Shown: in pieces, positions 1-6,626 of the stretch
How the letters are laid out: each line of letters begins with the position of its first letter
Numbering within the stretch: the first letter of the stretch is position 1
Origin: Candidatus Fermentibacterota bacterium
Lineage (GTDB): Bacteria; Fermentibacterota; Fermentibacteria; Fermentibacterales; Fermentibacteraceae
DNA length: 26,948 nt
Reading direction: 5' to 3'
Assembly: GCA_022703195.1 (NCBI GenBank)
Contig: JAKLEF010000001.1
Coordinates: 1 to 26,948, forward strand
Made by a program: the position numbers and the translations under genes
Notes under the pieces: model-generated
The model's database searches: none
What the model saw: only the letters and a program-made list of their open reading frames with translations
What the model was told of the DNA's origin: nothing

Positions 1-261
1 GCCGCGGCGGGCGGCGGCCCCGATTCCCGGCGCTCGCCTTTGCTGCAGGCGCACGTGAACAGCGCGAGAACCGCCACGCCGAACAGACTGCGTCGGATCA
101 TCGGAGCCTCCTCGCCGGGGCACCTGCCGCGGATCCTCGGGATGGGGACCGCCTCGGTACACCCCGACATGTACGTCGCCTCCTCGGTGCTCCTCGCGGC
201 TGCCGCCGTCTACGCCGAGGCCGGCACCAGGGACCGCGTCAGGCGGCCCGGAGGCTCCTGA
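1..261 (+). CDS. 3' part of a hypothetical protein (starts before the window)
   Basis: Frame 1 is open from base 1 to TGA 259-261 with strongly G/C third codon positions; ends 1 nt before the GNAT ATG. No family recognised. Confidence 0.65.
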   Translation, partial: AAAGGGPDSRRSPLLQAHVNSARTATPNRLRRIIGASSPGHLPRILGMGTASVHPDMYVASSVLLAAAAVYAEAGTRDRVRRPGGS

Positions 262-262
262 A

Positions 263-754
263 ATGGACACAAGGCTCATGGAGGCAGGCGATTATGACGC
301 CCTGGCAGCCCTCTGGTCGGGCTTCCCGGGCAATGCCATGACCGCGGCGGATTCGCGCGCGGGTTTCGAGAGGTTCCTCGGCGCCAACGGGCCGCTCTGC
401 TTCGTGCTCCTCGACGGCACCGGAGTCGCGGGCTCGGTCATGGCTGGCCACGACACCAGGCGGGGATACGTCTACCATCTTGCCGTCTCGTCACGTCTCC
501 AGGGGACGGGCGGGGGCAGGCTCCTGATGGAGAGGGTCGAGCGCGCCCTCCTCGACGAAGGGATAGAGAAGGTCCACCTCTTCATCTACCGCGACAACCC
601 CGCCGTCGCCTTCTACGAGAGGCTGGGCTGGCGGGTCAGGCAGGACATCCATGTCATGAGCAAGGTCCTGTCGGGCGATCCTTCCACGGGCATGCGGGAG
701 ACGCCCATGCCGGACGCGCGGGGAGATGGCGCCGCGCGGACCGATCCCCGATAA
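263..754 (+). CDS. GNAT family N-acetyltransferase (YpeA-like)
   Basis: 163 aa; acetyl-CoA-binding motif A (YHLAVSSRLQGTGGGRLL) and motif B (NPAVAFYERLGW); GHDTRRGYVYHLAV resembles YpeA-type GNATs. Confidence 0.9.
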   Translation: MDTRLMEAGDYDALAALWSGFPGNAMTAADSRAGFERFLGANGPLCFVLLDGTGVAGSVMAGHDTRRGYVYHLAVSSRLQGTGGGRLLMERVERALLDEGIEKVHLFIYRDNPAVAFYERLGWRVRQDIHVMSKVLSGDPSTGMRETPMPDARGDGAARTDPR

Positions 755-806
755 TCGCACTTCCATGTCCTCCCGGCGATATTCCGGAGGACGCAAAGGC
801 ACGGAG

Positions 807-814
807 GGAGGTGA
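807..814 (+). promoter_or_regulatory. Shine-Dalgarno sequence of selD
   Basis: GGAGGTGA at 807-814, 7 nt before ATG 822, which is in frame with the SelD core. Confidence 0.75.
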
Positions 815-821
815 TGGATCG

Positions 822-2045
822 ATGGCGGAGAAGAGCATCGACGGATGCCCCTGCACGGTGAGCTGTTCCAATCACGGCGACTGCGCCTCCTGCATGGCGG
901 CGCACTCCGGGACGGGCGAGCCCACCGCCTGCCGGAAGCTCGGAGTGCCGAGCCTGGCCGACAGGAATGTCCGGGCCGTGGCCGATTCGGTGAGGCTGCT
1001 CGACTTCTCGCCCTGCGCGGGTTGAGCCGGCAAGCTGCCCCCGGACAGGCTGTCCGGGCTGCTATCGGGGATACCGAAATTCGAGACTCCTGACCTGATC
1101 GTGGGGATGGAGACGATGGACGACGCCGGGATCTTCAGGATCTCCGACGACACCGCGCTCGTCCAGACCGTCGATTTCTTCTCTCCCGCGGTCAATTCGG
1201 CGAGGGCTAGCGGCAGGATAGTTGCCGCCAACTGTCTGTCGGACATCTGGGCGATGGGCGGCCGGCCGCTGACGGCCATGAACATCCTCGGGTTCCCCGC
1301 GTCGAAGCTGCCCCCCGAGGTCGTGCGGGAGCTGCTGTCGGGCGCGGCCGAGAAGATGGTCGAGGCGGGCGTCGCGCTCGTGGGTGGCCACAGCGTCGAC
1401 CAGAAGGATGTGATGTTCGGCATGAGCGTCACCGGCGTGATCCACCCGGCGAGGGCGATACGCAACTCGCGGGCGAGGGCCGGCGACGCCCTGATCCTCT
1501 CGAAGCCCCTGGGGACCGGGATTCTCTGCACGGCCCTGAAGGAGGGGCATGTGGAGGATTCCGCCCTCGACGAGGCCGTGTCGTTCATGGAGAGGCTCAA
1601 CCGGTACGCCTCGGAGGTGCTGGCGACATTCGACGTCAGTGCGCTCACCGACGTGACGGGGTTCGGCCTGCTCGGGCACTCCGTCGCGATGGCGAAGACC
1701 TCGGGCGTCACGATCGAAGTCGATCCGGATCTCGTCCCGGTGCTGGACGGCGCGATTGAGCTCGCCGACAGGTATCTCCCCGGGGGCTCGGGCAGGAACT
1801 GGGACTACGACAGGGCGAACGTGGAGATACCCCTGGACGTCGATCCACGCATGCTTGCGGTGCTGATGGACTCGCAGACCTCGGGCGGCCTGCTGGCGGC
1901 GGTTGCCCCGGGTCAGGCGGAGGACGCCGTCTCGCGCCTCAGGGAATGCGGCGACACCCGCGCTTCCGTCATCGGCCGCCTCCTCCCCCCCTCCCCCTTC
2001 CCGGTCCGTGTCAGAGGAAAAAACGTAAAGTACTCAGATTTCTAG
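822..2045 (+). CDS. selD: Selenide, water dikinase (selenophosphate synthetase), selenocysteine-containing (UGA 1023-1025 = Sec68), with N-terminal Cys-rich extension
   Basis: ORFs 726-1025 and 1101-2045 share one frame and are separated only by TGA 1023-1025 (I translated 1026-1100: no stop). Read-through gives VRLLDFSPCAG-U-AGKLPP, matching the SelD catalytic loop (E. coli IRLTQYSHGAG-C-GCKISP). Downstream motifs DDAG, TVDFF, LSDIWAMGG, GGHS, DVTGFGLLGH, DSQTSGGLL. Confidence 0.93.
1026..1063 (+). promoter_or_regulatory. Bacterial SECIS-like stem-loop
   Basis: Perfect 8-bp stem CCCGGACA (1040-1047) / TGTCCGGG (1051-1058) with G-first loop GGC starting 22 nt after the UGA; weaker lower stem possible (1030-1034 with 1059-1062). 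Confidence 0.75.
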
Positions 2046-2201
2046 CTTACGACCATTGATTTCATGCAACAGAACGATGCTATCCATCTGCAGATATATA
2101 TGATCATCAATTGCTACGGAAGTCTTCATCAGCTCACATAGTGCTTGTGAATACGTTGGCTGGGCAGAAACCCTGCGTACTTTACGTTTTTTCCTCTGAC
2201 A
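2009..2201. mobile_element. Small non-autonomous TIR element (MITE-like), TGT...ACA ends
   Basis: Perfect inverted repeat GTGTCAGAGGAAAAAACGTAAAGTAC at 2008-2033 and its reverse complement at 2177-2202; CCG directly repeated at 2006-2008 and 2202-2204; about 41% GC by hand count (79/193), far below the flanks. No transposase. Confidence 0.7.
2034..2129 (-). pseudogene. 31-codon remnant, possibly a ribbon-helix-helix/antitoxin-like N-terminus, inside the TIR element
   Basis: MKTSVAIDDHIYLQMDSIVLLHEINGRKLEI; MKTSVAIDD resembles RHH beta-strand starts such as MRTTIDIDD. Very short, resemblance only. Confidence 0.25.
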
Positions 2202-2215
2202 CCGGACTGGGGGGG

Positions 2216-2291
<76 letters not shown>

Positions 2292-2308
2292 ACCGGGGCA
2301 AGGCTGCC

Positions 2309-2338
2309 AATCTACAAAACGCGGGCCGATGCGGTCAA
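2309..2338 (-). promoter_or_regulatory. Putative sigma70-type promoter of tRNA-Phe
   Basis: TTGACC (2338-2333) - 18 nt - TAGATT (2314-2309), 17 nt upstream of the mature tRNA 5' end; the -35 box is largely supplied by the end of the first 61-bp repeat. Confidence 0.55.
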
Positions 2339-2541
2339 TCCTCGCACCTTCGAGAGCGATGGAACGCATCTCCGGGTCCTGCGATGATTGACGTGTCAAT
2401 CCTCGCACCTTCGAGAGCGATGGAACGCATCTCCGGGTCCTGCGATGATTGAAGTGTCAATCCTTGCACTGTCTAGAGCGATGGAACGGATCTTCGGGTC
2501 CTGCAAGGATCGACGTGTCAACCCGCGCCTCGAGACTCGAT
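2334..2541. repeat. Tandem array of 61-bp palindromic units (3 full copies + degenerate fourth)
   Basis: Units start at 2334, 2395, 2456, 2517. Copy 2 differs from copy 1 at 1 position, copy 3 at 9. Each unit has about 13-bp terminal inverted repeats (GTCAATCCTYGCA ... TGCRAKGATYGAC). Confidence 0.92.
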
Positions 2542-2546
2542 CCACC

Positions 2547-2609
2547 CTGTCCTGTCCGGGATGCACAGTGACAGGACGGCGGTTCCGGCATTTCAGGCAA
2601 GGCCGGAAC
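2547..2609. other. Two intergenic stem-loops, possible transcript 3' end of the TIGR02757 operon
   Basis: CTGTCCTGTC (2547-2556) / GACAGGACGG (2570-2579), one G-U pair; GTTCCGGC (2582-2589) / GCCGGAAC (2602-2609). No U-tract. Confidence 0.35.
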
Positions 2610-2672
2610 GAGAACCCGCGTGAAGACAACTAGACGGACAACGGGCCGGAAGGGTACTGCGGCACCGGTATG

Positions 2673-3491
2673 TCAGCGGGCGGCGGGCTGCGGCAGGGCG
2701 AGCTCCCTGAGAAGGTCCTCCCGCGAGAGTTCGCGCCTGATCCCGAAACGCGTGAGCGCGAAGTCGTACCTGGCGGGATCGTCTGGCCTGATGCGCCTGA
2801 AGCCGTCGGTGACCTCCTCGACTGTCACCGAGTCGGCCTGACGCCTTTCCGTCATGCCCAGCAGCAGCCCCGCCCTGTGCATGTGCACGTCGAGGGGCAC
2901 CAGCAGCTGAGACGGCCCGAGGGCATCCCAGCCCCCCGGATCGACGTCGTCGCACCTCACCATCCAGCGGAACATCAGGTTGAGTCTCTTGCACGCGCTC
3001 CCGAGCCCGGGATGCGGCAGCATGCTCGATCTCCCGAGCCCCGCCTCCCGAAGAATGGCCTCCACAAGCATCGCGCCGGCCTCTTGCGCGCCGGCGGCAC
3101 CGCGGAAGGTCTCCTGCAGCGAACCGGCATGCCCCTGTATCCTCGAGGCCGCGAACAGGACCGCCGACATCTCCTCGCCGGGGGTGAACCTGTGCCTGAA
3201 GGAGCAGGCCCCCGAGGCGTCACCGGGGGTCCGGCAGCTCCCGAGGAAGGCCGATGGCGAAGGCCCCATCGCGTCCAGCAGCCTCGACACGTTCCGGATG
3301 ATCTGCTCGACGCGCCCGTAGGCCAGGGATGACGCTGCGAGGGCTGCCAGCTCGCGGTCGGCGGGATGGTCGTACCTGTAGAGGAACTGGAGCGGATCGG
3401 GCTCTACGAACGCCCTGGTGTTGTAGCGTCCGTAGAGCCCTTCGAGCGAGTCGGACAGAGAGAGGGAACCGGCCGGGAACGGGTCAGGCAA
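2673..3491 (-). CDS. TIGR02757 family protein (DUF2400-like)
   Basis: 272 aa; motifs PDPLQFLYRY, LAYGRVEQI, SACKRLNLMFRWMVR, VPLDVH, DPARYDFAL typical of the family. TTG start overlaps the upstream stop; start uncertain. Confidence 0.88.
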   Translation of the reverse strand: MPDPFPAGSLSLSDSLEGLYGRYNTRAFVEPDPLQFLYRYDHPADRELAALAASSLAYGRVEQIIRNVSRLLDAMGPSPSAFLGSCRTPGDASGACSFRHRFTPGEEMSAVLFAASRIQGHAGSLQETFRGAAGAQEAGAMLVEAILREAGLGRSSMLPHPGLGSACKRLNLMFRWMVRCDDVDPGGWDALGPSQLLVPLDVHMHRAGLLLGMTERRQADSVTVEEVTDGFRRIRPDDPARYDFALTRFGIRRELSREDLLRELALPQPAAR

Positions 3492-3741
3492 GCTCGAGGT
3501 CCACCCTCCTGGCTACGACGCCGGGGATGACGTTCAGCTTGCGCTCCATCTCGGCCTTCTTCTCCTCTTCGCCCACGATCTCGAGAATGATGAGCCCCGT
3601 CTCTGTGCAGTCGTCCAGCACTCCCTCGTGGATGCCGAGGCGCGTCTTGATCATGCAGCCCCAGCCCGTGAGGATCTGCTGAACCTTCGCGGCGGACTCC
3701 TTGCGGCTCGAAACCATGATGAGCACCACTGTCTTCTTCAT
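3484..3741 (-). CDS. Small ACT-like protein, TM1266 / iron-only hydrogenase system regulator-like
   Basis: 85 aa; R-x4-KVQQILT-x2-GCMIKTRLGIHE...C...GLIILE pattern; RBS AAGGAG in the end of the upstream gene. Confidence 0.7.
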   Translation of the reverse strand: MKKTVVLIMVSSRKESAAKVQQILTGWGCMIKTRLGIHEGVLDDCTETGLIILEIVGEEEKKAEMERKLNVIPGVVARRVDLELA

Positions 3742-3743
3742 GG

Positions 3744-4262
3744 CTACTCCTTCTCGAACTCGGTCTTCGGAGCGCCGCAGACCGGGCAGACCCAGTCGTC
3801 AGGGAGGTCGGCGTACGCCGTTCCGGCGGGGATGCCGCCGTCGGGGTCGCCCAGTTCGGGGTCATAGACCCAGCCGCACACGACGCATACGTACTTGTCC
3901 ATGTCCTTGGCCCCCTTCGTGAATGGATTGTCGAGAGGCGCATCGAAACCGGGCGCCACCCTGTCGATGGCGGACATGAAGGCTTCCTTCACGGCCGACA
4001 GCTCCTCGCGCCCCGGTGAGATCATGAGGACGATCCGCACCCACTCCGGGCCCCTGGCCTTCGCGGGGCGGCAGAACTCGAACTCGTCGATGAGGATCGG
4101 CACGTCCAGCTCGTGGCAGTGTATGTCGAGTATGAGCGTGTCGCCCACCGCCTCGCACTCGGCGATGGGGCTGCCCTCGTAGAAGAAGCGGAGGTCCTCG
4201 GTGCAGGTGAGCCCGTCGGTGACGGGAAGCTCCGCGAGGACCATCTGGAGTGCCCTGTTCAT
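3744..4262 (-). CDS. Unknown 120-aa domain fused in frame to a C-terminal rubredoxin (rubredoxin part 3744-3902)
   Basis: C-terminal 52 aa [28 protein letters not shown]...[17 protein letters not shown] is a canonical rubredoxin (CxxCG...CPxCG). GGAGG RBS before ATG 4262; second RBS AAGGGGG 8 nt before ATG 3902. Confidence 0.85.
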   Translation of the reverse strand: MNRALQMVLAELPVTDGLTCTEDLRFFYEGSPIAECEAVGDTLILDIHCHELDVPILIDEFEFCRPAKARGPEWVRIVLMISPGREELSAVKEAFMSAIDRVAPGFDAPLDNPFTKGAKDMDKYVCVVCGWVYDPELGDPDGGIPAGTAYADLPDDWVCPVCGAPKTEFEKE

Positions 4263-4280
4263 CAGCCTCCGCCCTGGGTC

Positions 4281-4318
4281 GGGCCCCGCCCCGGCGGCTC
4301 ATCCGCCGGGGCGGGCCC
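4281..4318. terminator. Strong GC stem-loop after the membrane cluster
   Basis: GGGCCCCGCCCCGGCGG-CTCAT-CCGCCGGGGCGGGCCC, 16-bp stem with one bulge, 6 nt after the stop at 4325. No U-tract in the gene (minus) direction; GTTGTTT follows on plus. Confidence 0.55.
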
Positions 4319-4324
4319 GTTGTT

Positions 4325-4954
4325 TCAGTTCAGCAGCCCCAGCCAGTCGCCCAGCAGGAACTGCACGCGGCCGATCAGGAGGCTGATGCGGCCCATGACA
4401 GTGAATCCGAACGTCGCCCCGAACCCTATCATGATGATCCAGATCCCCACCTTCGATCCGAAGCCGAAGAAGGGACCCTTGTGCGGCTTCGAGAAGAAGA
4501 AGTAGATGATCGCCGAAAGTGTCCCGAACACGATCACGAAGGCGCCGAGCGTGTCGAACCACGGGGCGCCCGGCGTGTAGAGCGGGATCATCGTGGACTG
4601 GATCTGCCTGAGGACGAGGGTCTGCATGTCGTAGGGGAAGGCCACGCCCATGCCGGTTCCGAGCAGGAAGGCCATGGGGTAGCGCGACATCCAGGCGATC
4701 CTGGGGAAGAACCTCGTCACGTAGAGCAGCCCCATTATGGCGGGGATGAGCAGGATCAGTTCCTGGCCATGAGACACGGGCTCGACGAGCCTGGGATAGA
4801 GCACCCGCTGGTAGGTCACGACGATCGAGTAGCCGAGCGACGCGCCCACCACTATATGCTCGGCGAACCTGTACAGGGGGTTCTCCTTGTAGAGGAAGGA
4901 GAACACGGCCAGGGTGAAGATGGCCGCGACCGAGAGTCCTATGGTCTCGTACAT
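4325..4954 (-). CDS. Uncharacterised polytopic membrane protein (about 6 TM), DUF6754-cluster subunit
   Basis: 209 aa, nearly all hydrophobic segments; TLAVFSFLYKENPLYRFAEHIVVG; RBS AGGAGG/GGAG upstream. Confidence 0.85.
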   Translation of the reverse strand: MYETIGLSVAAIFTLAVFSFLYKENPLYRFAEHIVVGASLGYSIVVTYQRVLYPRLVEPVSHGQELILLIPAIMGLLYVTRFFPRIAWMSRYPMAFLLGTGMGVAFPYDMQTLVLRQIQSTMIPLYTPGAPWFDTLGAFVIVFGTLSAIIYFFFSKPHKGPFFGFGSKVGIWIIMIGFGATFGFTVMGRISLLIGRVQFLLGDWLGLLN

Positions 4955-4960
4955 CTCCGC

Positions 4961-5962
4961 CTACCTCCTGTTCTTCATGGCGGTCTTCTTGTGGAAGCCG
5001 CCCGCGAAGTACGCGATGTTGCCGAGTATCACGAGCAGGATGATCAGGATGTGAGCCAGGGACTGCACGTCCATGCCCCTGTAGGCCTTGCCCGTGGTTT
5101 CGGTGTAGCCTCCCTCGGTCTCCAGCACCTCGTACTCGGCGGCTCCGCGCAGCCCGCCCATCATGCCAACGATCTGGCCAGACTGGATGTAGGGGAAGTA
5201 GTCCGTCGCCATGACCGCCGTCACGCCGAACGCAACGGGGAGCCCGACGCGGGACGTGCCATAGACCACCCAGGACATGCAGGCGGTGGAGCCGGCGAGG
5301 GTGACGGCAAGGTCGACCTCGCGCAGGTTCTTGTGGGCCTGCAGTATGGGCATGTCGTGGAGGTTGTTGCCATAGGCGTCGGTGGGGTACTGGTTGGCTA
5401 TCGAGGTACCCATGCCGAGGATGACCAGCGAGAAGTACGGAAGGTATCCGAGGTTCGCCAGGTCCACGCCCTCGAAGACCCAGCCCCTGGCCCCCTCGGG
5501 GAGCGAGTTGCCCGCAGCCTCCCAGGCCGACTCGAGGCTGTCGCGCCCTGCGTATCCCGCCGCTCTCACGGATTCCCACTCCGCCCACGGGACGTAGACG
5601 AAGTTGCCGGGGACGCGGGTGTCGAACACGCTGGCCAGACCCATCTCGGCAAGGCCCTGGGCCAGGGGCCAGTAGGCCGTCACGAACACGGGGACGTGCC
5701 TCGCGAAGGCGTGCCTCAGGACGGCCACTCCCATGGGCTGGTTCTCGGCCTCGGTGCCCGGGTCGAAGTCCCAGCCTATGAAGATCGCATCGTCGGGCCC
5801 CAGGCTGTCCACCAGGTCGTAGACGCTGCGGACCTCCTGGGTGGGGACGACGGGGAGCCCCATGCGGATGAAGAACGGGACGATCACGACGATGGCTATG
5901 AGCAGGTAGATCCAGCGCCTGTCGATGTTGAGGAACCTCTCCCAGTTGTTCATGCCGCTCAC
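4961..5962 (-). CDS. Uncharacterised protein: TM - soluble alpha/beta domain - TM, DUF6754-cluster subunit
   Basis: 333 aa from GTG 5962 (ATG 5953 is an alternative start); TM WIYLLIAIVVIVPFFI, then EAENQPMGVAVLRH ... PYIQSGQIVGMMGGLRGAAEYE, C-terminal TM and basic tail KKTAMKNRR. Confidence 0.87.
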   Translation of the reverse strand: MSGMNNWERFLNIDRRWIYLLIAIVVIVPFFIRMGLPVVPTQEVRSVYDLVDSLGPDDAIFIGWDFDPGTEAENQPMGVAVLRHAFARHVPVFVTAYWPLAQGLAEMGLASVFDTRVPGNFVYVPWAEWESVRAAGYAGRDSLESAWEAAGNSLPEGARGWVFEGVDLANLGYLPYFSLVILGMGTSIANQYPTDAYGNNLHDMPILQAHKNLREVDLAVTLAGSTACMSWVVYGTSRVGLPVAFGVTAVMATDYFPYIQSGQIVGMMGGLRGAAEYEVLETEGGYTETTGKAYRGMDVQSLAHILIILLVILGNIAYFAGGFHKKTAMKNRR

Positions 5963-6607
5963 CTACTCTCCCGCCCCGCCGAGCCAGCCGCGCTCGACGC
6001 CGAAGATGATCTTGAGGCAGGTGGCGAGCATGCCGAATCCCACGCCCAGTTCGATGGCCCTCTTGGCGGCGAGGTTGGGGAACCTCAGTATCCAAAGGCC
6101 GGTGTCGGGCAGCCAGCGGCCCAGCAGGTCGCCTATCGGCACCTGCGCCAGCATGACGATGACCGCCGTCACCAGGAGAACCGTGGCGAGGGCGCTCTTG
6201 GCCCTGAAGGCACGGAAGGCGGCGCTCGCGATGTAGAAGGCCAGCATGCTGAACATCGTGGCCTGTATTGGGATCTGCACCCGGGAGTACATGAAGTCGA
6301 AGAGGCTGGGGTTCTCAGTGCCTCCGCCGATCGAGGCCGGCAGGAAGAAGGCGAACAGTGGTATCAGGTACAGGGGGATGAGAACCGCCAGACTGAACGG
6401 CCAGTTGGGGGCCTTGGCCCTGATCTTGTGGACATGGACCCTGGTGATGCTGCCCACGCCCAGGATGAGCGCGAAGGAACCCACGAGGGGGGCCCATTCC
6501 GTGTAGTAGTCGAAGACGTCCTGGGACGCCTGGTGGGGTATGAAGTACTGGATCATCATTATGAGACCGCCGAGCATGGCGATCATCAGCGGGACGTTCC
6601 TCTTCAT
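5963..6607 (-). CDS. Uncharacterised polytopic membrane protein (5-6 TM), DUF6754-cluster subunit
   Basis: 214 aa hydrophobic; ATMFSMLAFYIASAAFRAFRAKS, PNLAAKRAIELG; RBS GGAGG upstream. Confidence 0.85.
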   Translation of the reverse strand: MKRNVPLMIAMLGGLIMMIQYFIPHQASQDVFDYYTEWAPLVGSFALILGVGSITRVHVHKIRAKAPNWPFSLAVLIPLYLIPLFAFFLPASIGGGTENPSLFDFMYSRVQIPIQATMFSMLAFYIASAAFRAFRAKSALATVLLVTAVIVMLAQVPIGDLLGRWLPDTGLWILRFPNLAAKRAIELGVGFGMLATCLKIIFGVERGWLGGAGE

Positions 6608-6626
6608 GTCTGCACCTCCCTCCGCC

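Noticed and set aside
726-1025. Stand-alone 99-aa ORF plus separate selD starting at 1101
   Set aside because: Same frame; the split removes the SelD catalytic Sec/Lys loop; best RBS is before ATG 822.
2009-2201. Tn7/CAST-type insertion at a tRNA
   Set aside because: Ends are TGT/ACA but the 5-bp flanks differ (GTCCG vs CCGGA), and no repeated TnsB sites or tns genes are seen.
2334-2541. CRISPR array, integron attC array or type III antitoxin array
   Set aside because: No unique spacers or cas genes; no AAC/GTT attC core, cassettes or integrase; no toxin gene downstream in either orientation.
4325-6607. Three membrane genes are in one frame, separated only by TAG codons (5965-5963, 4963-4961), suggesting pyrrolysine or amber read-through into a 761-codon protein
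   Set aside because: Downstream genes have their own RBS-like sequences and starts; TAG is a common true stop in this window (selD, serA, frr, rubredoxin); two in-frame junctions arise by chance about 1 time in 9; no pyl genes seen.
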